Assembly: GCA_965248925.1 (NCBI GenBank)
Contig: CBDFLE010000006.1
Span: forward strand, 4,064,001 to 4,128,000
DNA: 64,000 bases
Source of the DNA: Candidatus Multivoradales bacterium
GTDB lineage: Bacteria; Acidobacteriota; Thermoanaerobaculia; Multivoradales; J023
Reading direction: 5' to 3'
A model generated the notes under the pieces. The model saw nothing but the letters and a program-made list of their open reading frames with translations, ran no database searches and was not told the origin of the DNA. The translations under genes and the position numbers were made by a program. Shown here piece by piece: positions 30,360-39,893 of the stretch; position 1 is the stretch's first letter, and each line of letters opens with the position of its first letter.

Positions 30360-31901
30360 TCAAGGAGACTCGTCGTCCTCCTCGGTGGCTGTTCCGAGGT
30401 TCAGCACCTCCGAGGGCTGCTCGTTCAGGCCGACCAGCCAGTTGGTCGGTGCGTAACGGTCGCTGAGCACCAAGGCTCCTTCGAGATCCATTCCCTTGGT
30501 GTAGCGATTGTCGACGATCTCTTCGAGGCTGGGGTCGAAGTCGAGCCGGCTGTCGAGCTGCCGGGCGACGACGAGCAGCTCTTCTGCTGAGAGTTGGTGC
30601 TCGGCGTCGGTCGCTATCACGAAGAGGTTGGGGCCCGGTCGGCAAGCGAAGACCCGGAGCTGGCGAAAGTGCTGCCGCAAGGTGATGTAGATCGCCTTGA
30701 CGAAGGGATCTTCGGTGGAACCGGCCATGTTCAACCCGAAGACTCCACCGGGGTTGAGGTGCGCCTTGACCTCAGCGACGTACTCGCTGGTGGCCAGGTG
30801 GAAGGGAACGGAGGCGCCGATGTAGGTGTCGTTGTAGATCAAGTCCCAACTTTGGGTCGAGTTGCTGAGGAAGCGCCGGGCATCGCCGAGATGCACCCGC
30901 GTTCGTTCATCGCTGCGGAATCCAAGGTAGCTTTCGGCGAGTTCGGCCACCGCGGGGTCGATCTCGACGTAGTCCACCTGCAGCCGCGGCAGACGCTGTT
31001 GCAAATAGGAGCCGACGGTGCCCCCGCCCATGCCGAGCACCAGCATGCTCCGAGGTTCCGGCTGCCACAGCAAGCTGGCTGCCGAATAGCGAGCGTAGGA
31101 CAAGGCTGGCTCGCCGCTTTTGGTCCAGATGGCGCTGTGCAGCACTCGGTTACTGCGCAGATAACGAGCGCCGCCTCGCTCATAGACTTCAAGGGTCTGA
31201 TAAGGGCTGGTTTGGACATGCAGCAGGCCCGAGTCAGTAGTGCCCCGCCGTCCCTTGCCGTAGCCGGCATAGACCACCAGCACCAGGGCGAGCACAATGG
31301 CCGGCAGCTCTTTTCTACCTGCGGCGACCAACCCAGCCAGGGCGGCAGCGACGGTGAGCAAGATCAGCAAGCCGAGGCCGCGATCAAACCTCAGATAGGG
31401 GATCAAGACGAAGGTACAGCCCAAAGTGCCCAGCAGGCTACCGAAGGTGGAGAGGGCGGCGAGTTGCCCGGCGGTGTTCCCCAGGTTTTGCAGATCGTGA
31501 GTGGCGAGGCGAATAGCGAAGGGAGAGACCATTGCTAGCAGCACGCTCACCGGGCCAAAGAGAATCGACGTGGCGATCAAAGTGCCACCGGGTGAACCAC
31601 CGGTCCATTCGCCGAGCACCGCCACCACCGGGTGGCCAAAAGCGAGCAAGGCCGCTTGGCCCAGCGCGGCCAGCAGGATCACCCGGCCGAGCACCTCAAG
31701 CCTTGGTTGCCGGTCGGCGAGCCGGCCGCCGAAGTAGTAACCCAGCGACAGGGCGGCCAGAAAGACGCTGATGATCGAGCCCCAGACATAGACGCTGCTG
31801 CCAAATTGCGGCGCTAGCAGGCGGCTCGAGAGAATCTCGAGCGCCATGATCACCGCGCCGCAAAGCACCACCACCGCGAACAATTGGATTCGAAACCACA
31901 T
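30360..31901 (-). CDS. Fused MFS-like membrane domain / spermidine synthase-like methyltransferase
   Basis: MALEILSSRLLAPQFGSS TM domain; LVLGMGGG, VEIDP, GDARRF. Confidence 0.87.
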   Translation of the reverse strand: MWFRIQLFAVVVLCGAVIMALEILSSRLLAPQFGSSVYVWGSIISVFLAALSLGYYFGGRLADRQPRLEVLGRVILLAALGQAALLAFGHPVVAVLGEWTGGSPGGTLIATSILFGPVSVLLAMVSPFAIRLATHDLQNLGNTAGQLAALSTFGSLLGTLGCTFVLIPYLRFDRGLGLLILLTVAAALAGLVAAGRKELPAIVLALVLVVYAGYGKGRRGTTDSGLLHVQTSPYQTLEVYERGGARYLRSNRVLHSAIWTKSGEPALSYARYSAASLLWQPEPRSMLVLGMGGGTVGSYLQQRLPRLQVDYVEIDPAVAELAESYLGFRSDERTRVHLGDARRFLSNSTQSWDLIYNDTYIGASVPFHLATSEYVAEVKAHLNPGGVFGLNMAGSTEDPFVKAIYITLRQHFRQLRVFACRPGPNLFVIATDAEHQLSAEELLVVARQLDSRLDFDPSLEEIVDNRYTKGMDLEGALVLSDRYAPTNWLVGLNEQPSEVLNLGTATEEDDESP

Positions 31902-31920
31902 CGGCGGCAGAGTATAAAGC

Positions 31921-32877
31921 CTAGGCCTGGCTGCGGCGAGAGTCGTGGTGCTCGGTCTCGCCATCACCGATTTTGACACTCCAGCAGAATTCGCAGTCGC
32001 CGGGACCGGTGGGCTCACAGCGGAACTCGACCTCGATCGGCGTTCCTGCCTCGACCTCCACCGTACGGTCGAGGGGAAAGACGTAGCGGCCCCAATGGGT
32101 GTCAGGAGCGTCGGGAGCGTTGGTCAGCGGCGGGCTGCCGTACATCTCGGCGGAGAACCAGGTGGCCAGAGCCGAGAATTGGCGTGGCTCGCCGCTGGCG
32201 ATGAAGCTCAGGTTGGCGGCGTGCACCTCGCCTGCTTGTTCGAGACTGACGGTGTAGGGATCGTTGGTCCACATCTCCTGTGGTGGCGCCAGCAGCGAGC
32301 CCTGGCGGACGTTGTGGCGGTTCATGAACATACCGTGGACGCTCATATCGCCGATCGCCCGCAAGTCGAGCCCATGGGGCCGTGATTCCCAATAGTCGAG
32401 TTCGTCGGCGAGGTCACCGTCCCAGACCGGCGCCAAGTAGGCGTTCAACCGGCCGGGAATGATGATGCCCCCCTCCTTGAGAAATTTCTGGCGCGCGATG
32501 GCGAGCAGGCCGAGCATATTCTCGTCCATGCCAAAGCCGCCCATCCACTCGGAGATCAACACATCGACCCGCGCCGGTAAGCGAATCTTCTCCAGGTCGT
32601 CGTAGATCACATCGACCTGGTGGTCGACGCCGTTGTGCTGCGCCAGCTGGCGCGCCAAGTAGCTGATCTGGGTGCGTTCTACCGCGTAGACCTTGCGCGC
32701 CCCGGCGCGGGCGGCAAAGAGGCTCAAGATGCCGCTGCCGGCGCCGACATCGAGCACCGTGGCGCCGGGTTCCACGGCGGCCATGATGGCGCGTTCAAAG
32801 GCCTCGTTGCGCACTTTGTCGAGCAGCATCATGCGATGCAAAGAGATATCGGCGTAGAGCTCGTAGTCGTAGGTCAT
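31921..32877 (-). CDS. PRMT-like SAM-dependent protein arginine methyltransferase
   Basis: HRMMLLDKVR, VLDVGAGSGILS, VYAVE, DVLISEWMG..DE, THW loop. Confidence 0.8.
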   Translation of the reverse strand: MTYDYELYADISLHRMMLLDKVRNEAFERAIMAAVEPGATVLDVGAGSGILSLFAARAGARKVYAVERTQISYLARQLAQHNGVDHQVDVIYDDLEKIRLPARVDVLISEWMGGFGMDENMLGLLAIARQKFLKEGGIIIPGRLNAYLAPVWDGDLADELDYWESRPHGLDLRAIGDMSVHGMFMNRHNVRQGSLLAPPQEMWTNDPYTVSLEQAGEVHAANLSFIASGEPRQFSALATWFSAEMYGSPPLTNAPDAPDTHWGRYVFPLDRTVEVEAGTPIEVEFRCEPTGPGDCEFCWSVKIGDGETEHHDSRRSQA

Positions 32878-33477
32878 GCTATTGGGCGCTCACTTCGCTA
32901 GGGCTCATCCGCAGCCAAGCTGCGGGCCTTTCGAAGTCGGTCATTGGTCTTTTTGTTTGGATTCGGACACGGCCGAGTGATAGAAACACTATATGCGACT
33001 TGGAGCGCTACGCCACGCACGAGTTGATATGGAATCGAGTTCTTATGGATGTGCGGTCGCCGCCGCGAGTCGCTGGCGGCGATCTGGAGTTGCGGTTGTT
33101 TCCTCAGCCCCTTGGCCGGGGCGGTCGAGGCCAAGACCCTTTTGGTCGACTTCGATGGTGCGACTATCTCGGCCTTGAGGTGGACGGGGTCTTTAGCAGT
33201 GCCGACGACGTCGATGTCGATTTCGGCGTCGATCAATTCGTCAACACCGAGGGCTAGTCCCCAAGAGACCGAGCCAAACCACTTAGTCTTCGTGGCAGGC
33301 ACGACCGGCGCCGCATTACACCCTGGTCGATCTGGCGGATGGGCGGTGGATGTTGTCCGGAACACTGCGAACTTGGATCATAGTGGACATGCTTTCAGCA
33401 AATCTTCATCTGTGGAACTTGTCAAGCTGAACTGAACTCCCTGTCCGCTGCCGCCGGTTTGAGTTGCTGTATGCCGG

Positions 33478-34494
33478 TCACCCGCCGCCGAAGTGTTCTT
33501 GCCAAGCGGCAGTCAGCGTGCTGAAAGTGTCGGCCATGGTGGGTAGCGGCAGGTTGCGGACGCGGGCATAGTGGCTCGCCGGCAGTTTGTTGCGGGCGAT
33601 TTCGGCGGGGGTGGCGCTGAGCAGGATCGGTTGCAAGTAGGTGCCAGCCAAGAGGCCTTGGGTGGTCGGCTCGATCAGCCAATCGAGGTATCTCTTGGCG
33701 GCTTCTGGGTGGGGGGCGGCGCTGGCCAGGCCGGCGACCGTGAGGTGCTTGAAGGAGCCGTCGCGAGGAATAATCACCCGCACGGGGGCGCCACTTTCGC
33801 GCAGCCGGTAGCCATCGGCGTCGAGGCCGATCCAAACGCCAATTTCGCCCTTCGCCAGAGCGCTTTCGGCAACGGCGGGGCTTAGTGCCCTGGCTCCGTT
33901 TTGGTGTAGCTCCTTGAGATAGGCGAGGCCGGGTTCGAGGTCTTCCGCGCTGCCGCCGAGCAGCTGATTGATGCCGAATAGGAAGGTGTAGCCGGAACCG
34001 CCGCCGCGCGGATCTTCGTAGGCCACCTGGCCGCGGAAAGGTGGTCGGCCGAGATCTTGCCAGCTTCCCGGTAGGGTGACCTTGCCCAAAGCGCCTTGGT
34101 GCACCACCAGCGCCACGGTAGCGATGTGGACTGTGAACCAATGGCCGCCGCGGTCGCGATAGCCGGCCGGCACAGTTGCCAGGCCGACTGGGTTGTAGGG
34201 CTCGAAGAGGCCCTCGCGGGTAGCCAGTACAGCGCTGGTTCCCGGCAGCAGAAGGCAATCCGCGGTACTGGCAGGGGGTTTTGCGGTGAGCTGTAGCAGG
34301 ACCTGGGTGGGGGCTGAGGGGCTGCCGGCGAGGCGATGGCCGCTGGTTTCTTCAAACCCTGCCCGCAGCTGGTTCCAGACCTCCGTCGCGCCGTAGCCCT
34401 GCTGCACGATGAAAGCGGCGGGAGCAGCTTGGGGTCGTAGGCTGAGCCCGGTGGCCAGCAGAATCAGCACGGCTAGAGTCATGGTGCGTCGCAT
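33478..34494 (-). CDS. ABC transporter substrate-binding protein (AfuA/thiamine/Fe3+-like)
   Basis: Signal peptide, GLFEPY, YRDRGGHW, SWQDL, DPRGGGSG, APHPEAAK. Confidence 0.8.
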   Translation of the reverse strand: MRRTMTLAVLILLATGLSLRPQAAPAAFIVQQGYGATEVWNQLRAGFEETSGHRLAGSPSAPTQVLLQLTAKPPASTADCLLLPGTSAVLATREGLFEPYNPVGLATVPAGYRDRGGHWFTVHIATVALVVHQGALGKVTLPGSWQDLGRPPFRGQVAYEDPRGGGSGYTFLFGINQLLGGSAEDLEPGLAYLKELHQNGARALSPAVAESALAKGEIGVWIGLDADGYRLRESGAPVRVIIPRDGSFKHLTVAGLASAAPHPEAAKRYLDWLIEPTTQGLLAGTYLQPILLSATPAEIARNKLPASHYARVRNLPLPTMADTFSTLTAAWQEHFGGG

Positions 34495-34702
34495 GGTCTG
34501 TCCCCTTCTTGCATCCGGCTTGCATCCGGCTGAGCTGCCGGACGCGCCTAGTGTACTGCTGCTGCCGCGGGCCGGCGAGCGCGCCGCGATCTGATACTCT
34601 TGTCGGACTCATTCACCGCAGATTTTTGCCCAGCCTGACTCGGTGCCGCGGTGTCGTAGCAGCGTCGCAAGAGTTGGGCTTGGCCCAGGAGGTTAGCCGA
34701 CC

Positions 34703-35728
34703 GTGTCTCAAAGTCCGTTTGGCGATCAGATCAACATTCCTCGCTTCGATCCACCGAAGATTCCCCGCCGCACGCTGGTGCTTGTTTTCGCCGCGATTCT
34801 GGCGTTGGCGGTCTTATCGAGCGCTTTCTACAAGATAGACCCGGAAGAGGTCGGGGTGGTGATGCGTTTTGGCAAGCACATCACCACCACCGGCCCGGGG
34901 CTGCATTTCAAGTTGCCCGACCCGCTCGACAAGGTGATCCACGTCCCCACCCAGCGTCAGCTCACTGGCGAGTTCGGTTTCCGCACCCAGAAAGCGGGGG
35001 TGCGCAGCCAATTCACCAACAAGGGGTATCAGGCCGAGTCGAGCATGCTGACCGGTGATCTCAACACCGCCGTGGTCGAGTGGGTGATCCAGTACCGGAT
35101 CATCGATCCGGTGAAATTCTTGTTCACGGTGCGCAATCCGATCCCCACTTTCCGCGACATGAGCGAGGCGGTGATGCGCGAGGTAGTGGGTGATCGGACG
35201 GTCAACGAGGTGCTCACTGTCGGCCGTCAAGAGGTCAGCTCAGTGGTGCATCAGAAGCTGCAAGCATTGTGCGCACAATACGAGATCGGCCTACAAGTGG
35301 AGCAGGTGCTGCTGCAGGATGTCACCCCGCCGGATCCGGTGAAGCCGGCCTTCAACGAGGTCAACCAAGCCGAGCAGGAGAAAGAGAAGCTGATCAACCA
35401 AGCACAGTCGGAGTACAACAAGGTGGTGCCGCGCGCCCGTGGTGAGGCGCAGCAGACCATCCTCGCCGCCGAGGGCTATGCCCTCGATCGGGTCAACCGG
35501 GCCGAGGGTGAGGCGGCGCGCTTCAATTCTCTCTACCAGGAGTTCCGCAAGGCGCCTGAGGTGACCCGCAAGCGGATCTACCTTGAGACCATGGGCGAGA
35601 TTCTGCCGCGCGCCGGGCGCAAGGTCATCGTCGACGACTCGGTGCGCGGCCTACTGCCGCTGCTCAATTTGGCACCCCCTGCCAGCCGCGCACAACGGTC
35701 TCTAGCGAACACCGGAGGTGAAGGATGA
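34703..35728 (+). CDS. hflK: FtsH modulator HflK
   Basis: GVVMRFGK, MLTGD, PRARGEA, APEVTRKRIYLETM. Confidence 0.93.
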   Translation: MSQSPFGDQINIPRFDPPKIPRRTLVLVFAAILALAVLSSAFYKIDPEEVGVVMRFGKHITTTGPGLHFKLPDPLDKVIHVPTQRQLTGEFGFRTQKAGVRSQFTNKGYQAESSMLTGDLNTAVVEWVIQYRIIDPVKFLFTVRNPIPTFRDMSEAVMREVVGDRTVNEVLTVGRQEVSSVVHQKLQALCAQYEIGLQVEQVLLQDVTPPDPVKPAFNEVNQAEQEKEKLINQAQSEYNKVVPRARGEAQQTILAAEGYALDRVNRAEGEAARFNSLYQEFRKAPEVTRKRIYLETMGEILPRAGRKVIVDDSVRGLLPLLNLAPPASRAQRSLANTGGEG

Positions 35729-36663
35729 AGAAATCTCCTCTGTTGATTCTCGTGTTGATCGCGGCGGCGGTGGTGCTGTTCGGCTCGGCCTACATTGTCG
35801 AGCAGTGGGAGCAGACCATCATCACCCGCTTCGGGGAGCCGGTCGGGGAGCCGGTGCAAGAGCCCGGGCTCTACTTCAAGCTGCCCCTGATCGATACCGT
35901 GCATCGCTTTGATAAGCGTTTCCTCGAATGGGACGGCAAGGTCACCGAGGCACCGACCAAAGAGAAGCAGCCCATCCTGGTCGACACCTATGCCCGCTGG
36001 CGGATCGTCGATCCGCTGCTGTTCTACCAACGGCTGAACAACGAACTCGGTGCCCAAGCGCGGCTCGACGGCCTGCTTGATGGCCCCACCCGTGACGCGG
36101 TGGCTCGCCACACCCTGGCCGAGTTGATTCGCACCTCGGACCGCGAGCCGGTGCTCGACCCAACCCAGGAGGCCGACGAGACGAGCAAATTGGAGGCCAT
36201 TAGCGTCGGCCGCGAAGCGATTCGTCAGGAAATCCTGGCCAACGCGCAGAAGGCCTCCGCGGGCCTCGGCATCGAGATTCTTGATGTGCAATTCAAGCGC
36301 ATCAACTATGTCGAAGCGGTGCGTCGCAGTGTTTTCGAGCGGATGATCGCCGAGCGTCAGCGGATTGCCGATCGCTATCGGTCCGAGGGTGAGGGCGAGG
36401 CTTCCCGGATCCGCGGTGATAAGGAGCGTGAACTCAAAAGGATCACCTCCGAAGCCTATCGCCGGGCGCAGGAAATTGTCGGTGAGGCCGACGCCGAAGC
36501 CACCGAGATCTACGCTCGGGCTTACGATCAGTCGGCTGATTCTCGGGCTTTCTACGGCTTCCTCAAGACCATGGAGAGCTACTCGAAAACAATCGACGAG
36601 GATACCTGGCTGGTGATGTCGACCGAAGCCGAATTCTACCGTTACTTGCAGAAGAGTCGGTAA
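35725..36663 (+). CDS. hflC: FtsH modulator HflC
   Basis: PGLYFKLP, RMIAERQRIA, YRSEG, FYGFLKTMESY. Confidence 0.93.
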   Translation: MKKSPLLILVLIAAAVVLFGSAYIVEQWEQTIITRFGEPVGEPVQEPGLYFKLPLIDTVHRFDKRFLEWDGKVTEAPTKEKQPILVDTYARWRIVDPLLFYQRLNNELGAQARLDGLLDGPTRDAVARHTLAELIRTSDREPVLDPTQEADETSKLEAISVGREAIRQEILANAQKASAGLGIEILDVQFKRINYVEAVRRSVFERMIAERQRIADRYRSEGEGEASRIRGDKERELKRITSEAYRRAQEIVGEADAEATEIYARAYDQSADSRAFYGFLKTMESYSKTIDEDTWLVMSTEAEFYRYLQKSR

Positions 36664-36694
36664 GGACCGGCCGACTAGCACCGGGGGACCGCGC

Positions 36695-38302
36695 ATGGAT
36701 AAAGCGATCAGCTTGTTGGGCCTCGTCGTCATCATGGGAATTGCCTGGGTGTTTTCCAAGCATCGTCGGCGGGTCAATCTCCACACCGTAGTCTGGGGCG
36801 TTGGCTTGCAGCTCTTGCTGGCGGTGGTGATCTTGCGTAGCGGCACGGCGTCATTCGTCGCCATGTTCGTGCTCGCTGCGTTAGTGGTGATCTACCTGCT
36901 CACCGCCGAAGTTGAAGAACGTGGCTGGAGCCAGCTCCAAGCATTGCTGGTGGCGGTGGTCGGGGCCGCTGGGCTGGTGGCTTTGGGCAGGGTTCTCTAC
37001 GCCTATAGAGTCACCGAGCTATTGATCGCCGTGGCGGTGGTATTGATGGTGTTGGGGGGCTGGAGCGAGCGGCCGCAGTGGGTGCGCTGGGGCATGGCCT
37101 CGGCGTTGCCTTTGGGGGTGGCGGCGTTGTGGGAGCGTGGCATCGATGGGCGGGAGTTATTCCAAGGGCTGTCAGACCGGGTGTCCGGGTTCCTCAATCT
37201 CTCCACCTTGGGCTCGGAGTTCCTCTTTGGCAACTTGGTCAAGGCGGAGTATTGGTTCCCGGCCGCAGGCGACAGCTACTGGCCTGGGTTCGGCGTGCAG
37301 TTCGCCTTTGCCGTGCTGCCGACGATCATCTTCTTTTCCGCCTTCATCGCGGTGATGTATCACCTTGGGGTAGTGCAAGTGGTGATCACGGCGATGGCCC
37401 GCTTCATGCGTTGGAGCATGAAGACCAGCGGCTCTGAGACCGTGTCGTGTTCGGCCAACGTTTTTGTCGGTCAGACCGAGGCGCCATTTCTAGTTAAGCC
37501 CTTCCTCGAAGGGATGACCACGTCAGAGTTACACGCCATCATGGTCGGCGGTTTCGCCACCGTGGCGGGTGGGGTGCTGGCAGGTTATATCCAGATGGGG
37601 GTCAATCCCGGCCACCTTATTGCCGCCAGCGTTATGTCGGCGCCGGCGGCGTTGGTGATCGCCAAGCTGCTCTATCCCGAGACCGAGCAATCGGCGACCG
37701 CCGGTGATGTAGAGCTGCCCAATTTACGTACCGCCGACAACGTGGTCGGTGCGGCCGCCAACGGCACTACCGATGGTCTCAAGCTGGCCTTGAATGTCGG
37801 TGCCATGTTGATCGCCTTTATTGCTCTGATCGGTTTCCTCGACGTGTTGTTGGGCTTTGCCGATGGTTGGGTCGATGGCCGTTTGCTGGGCGGTTCGTTG
37901 GTGCAGTCAAGCGGCGAGTATGCGGGTATTTTTCCCGGCTCGATGAAAACTTTGTTTGGCACTGTGCTGCGGCCCTTGGCGTTCATCATGGGGGTGCCGT
38001 GGGAGGATTCGGCGGCGGTGGGTAATCTGCTCGGCGTCAAGCTGACAGTCAACGAATTCGTAGCCTACGGTTTCCTCGGCGAGGCGATCAACAACGGCGA
38101 GATGGGCGAGCGGGCTCAGATCATCTCCACCTACGCGCTGTGCGGGTTTGCTAATTTCTCGTCGATCGGCATCCAGATTGGCGGTCTTGGTTCGGTGGCT
38201 CCGGGGCGGCGGTCGGATTTGGCGAAGATCGGTGTGCGGGCGATGTTCGGTGGCGCCCTGGCCTCCTTCATGACTGCCACCGTGGCTGGCATCTTGCTCT
38301 AG
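36695..38302 (+). CDS. NupC/CNT nucleoside transporter with extra N-terminal TM insertion
   Basis: ANVFVGQTEAP, ASVMSAP, NEFVAY, YALCGFAN. Confidence 0.9.
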   Translation: MDKAISLLGLVVIMGIAWVFSKHRRRVNLHTVVWGVGLQLLLAVVILRSGTASFVAMFVLAALVVIYLLTAEVEERGWSQLQALLVAVVGAAGLVALGRVLYAYRVTELLIAVAVVLMVLGGWSERPQWVRWGMASALPLGVAALWERGIDGRELFQGLSDRVSGFLNLSTLGSEFLFGNLVKAEYWFPAAGDSYWPGFGVQFAFAVLPTIIFFSAFIAVMYHLGVVQVVITAMARFMRWSMKTSGSETVSCSANVFVGQTEAPFLVKPFLEGMTTSELHAIMVGGFATVAGGVLAGYIQMGVNPGHLIAASVMSAPAALVIAKLLYPETEQSATAGDVELPNLRTADNVVGAAANGTTDGLKLALNVGAMLIAFIALIGFLDVLLGFADGWVDGRLLGGSLVQSSGEYAGIFPGSMKTLFGTVLRPLAFIMGVPWEDSAAVGNLLGVKLTVNEFVAYGFLGEAINNGEMGERAQIISTYALCGFANFSSIGIQIGGLGSVAPGRRSDLAKIGVRAMFGGALASFMTATVAGILL

Positions 38303-38305
38303 ACG

Positions 38306-39820
38306 ATGGTGGCCCGCGCGGTGATCGGAGGGCTGTTCGCCGGCTGCACTTTGCTCTTTGGGCTGAGCCTGGTGCCGCCGCTGTTTGCTGATTCGGCGCA
38401 CGCGGTGGGGCTCACGGTAGTGCCCAGAGTGGCACTTGAGGTGGTGCCTGCGTCGCTGACCGCGGCGGTCAAACTCAAAGTGACCGCGGCGCGTAAGGTG
38501 GCGCCGGCTCTGGGGGTGCATGTAATGCGGGTCGCTGACGGTGCCCACGTCTATGGCTTTCGCGCCGATCAGCTGCGTATTGCCGCCTCTAACACCAAGC
38601 TCTTCACCTCGGCGGCGGCTCTAGACCGTCTGGGACCTGGCTACTTTTTCGAGACCCAAATACTGCTTCGCGGCGAGTTGGACGGGGGGGCTCTTGGGGG
38701 CGACCTGGCGATCGTCGGCGGTGGTGATCCCAATATCTCCGGTCGTCACTATGCCGGCGATTCCTTCGGCGCCTTCCGCGAATGGGCGCGGGCCTTGGAC
38801 CGTTTCGGCATTTCCAGGATCTCCGGCGATCTATACCTGATCCACGGTTTTCTCGATCGCCAATACCACCATCCGAGCTGGCCCCGGGAGCAGCAAGATC
38901 GCTGGTACGAGGCGCCGGTGGCGGCGTTGGCCTTCAACGACAGCTGCACCTTGGCCAAAGTGCATCCCGGCGATCGAGCGGGTGTTCGGGCACTGACCGA
39001 GCTGGTGCCGCCTTTGGGGCTCTATCCGGTGGACTCGACCGTGCTGACCAGCTCCAAGGGCCGCCAGGTCAGCGTTGGGCGGGCCGCCGGCCAGAAGCGC
39101 ATCGTGGTCAGCGGCCGCATTGGCAAGGGGCGTCTGTCCTACGACGAGTGGGTGGCGGTGCCCGATCCGCTGGAATATTTTGGCGTCGCCTTGATCCACG
39201 CACTCAGCGAAGAAGGCATCCAGCTCGATGGCCGGTTGCTACTCACCGCCGAGGTGCCAGCGGGGCACTGGCGGCGCTTGCTGACCCACCGTAGCGATCT
39301 GCTGAGCACCCTCGAGATCGTCAACAAGCGGAGCCAGAATTTCTACGCCGAGAGTGTTTTCAAGACCCTGGGCAAGCAGGCCTGTGGTGATGGTAGTTGG
39401 GCCGGTGGCCAGCGAGCGGTGAAGGAATTTTTGACCGCTGTAGGTATCGAAGAAGATACCTACCAGATTGCCGATGGATCGGGGATGAGCCGCGGCAACC
39501 GCTTCGCGCCAAGCCAGGTCACCACCTTGCTGCGCCACATGTACAACCAACACCGTTGGGGGCAGGAGTATCTACGCACCTTACCCTACAGCGGCGAGTT
39601 CGGCCTGGGCTGGGCCAAGCGTCTAGCCAAGCCGCCCTACCGTGGCAACGTCTTCGCCAAGACCGGCACGCTGAGCGGTGTCTCGGCCCTGTCGGGATTC
39701 GCCAAAGGGCGCTCCGGCGACCTCTATGTTTTCTCGATTCTGATGAACTCGACCCGCTCAGCCTGGCAAGCCCGCAATGCCCAGGACCGCATCGTCGAGG
39801 CGTTGATCGACGGCGGATGA
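38306..39820 (+). CDS. dacB: D-Ala-D-Ala carboxypeptidase/endopeptidase (PBP4)
   Basis: ASNTK (SxxK), SQN (SxN), DGSGMS, AKTGTL. Confidence 0.92.
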   Translation: MVARAVIGGLFAGCTLLFGLSLVPPLFADSAHAVGLTVVPRVALEVVPASLTAAVKLKVTAARKVAPALGVHVMRVADGAHVYGFRADQLRIAASNTKLFTSAAALDRLGPGYFFETQILLRGELDGGALGGDLAIVGGGDPNISGRHYAGDSFGAFREWARALDRFGISRISGDLYLIHGFLDRQYHHPSWPREQQDRWYEAPVAALAFNDSCTLAKVHPGDRAGVRALTELVPPLGLYPVDSTVLTSSKGRQVSVGRAAGQKRIVVSGRIGKGRLSYDEWVAVPDPLEYFGVALIHALSEEGIQLDGRLLLTAEVPAGHWRRLLTHRSDLLSTLEIVNKRSQNFYAESVFKTLGKQACGDGSWAGGQRAVKEFLTAVGIEEDTYQIADGSGMSRGNRFAPSQVTTLLRHMYNQHRWGQEYLRTLPYSGEFGLGWAKRLAKPPYRGNVFAKTGTLSGVSALSGFAKGRSGDLYVFSILMNSTRSAWQARNAQDRIVEALIDGG

Positions 39821-39821
39821 G

Positions 39822-39893
39822 GCTGATTGAGGTGCCAGTCACATTTGTGATTGAGGTGCCTGCTGATTGAGGTGCCAGTCACATTTGTGATTG
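39822..39893. repeat. Direct repeat of 32 bp, period 40 (GCTGATTGAGGTGCCAGTCACATTTGTGATTG)
   Basis: Copies at 39822-39853 and 39862-39893, plus a partial third TGATTGAGGTGCC between them. Confidence 0.85.

Noticed and set aside
39822-39893. Repeat as a mini-CRISPR
   Set aside because: Only two full copies 8 bp apart and unrelated to the array repeat
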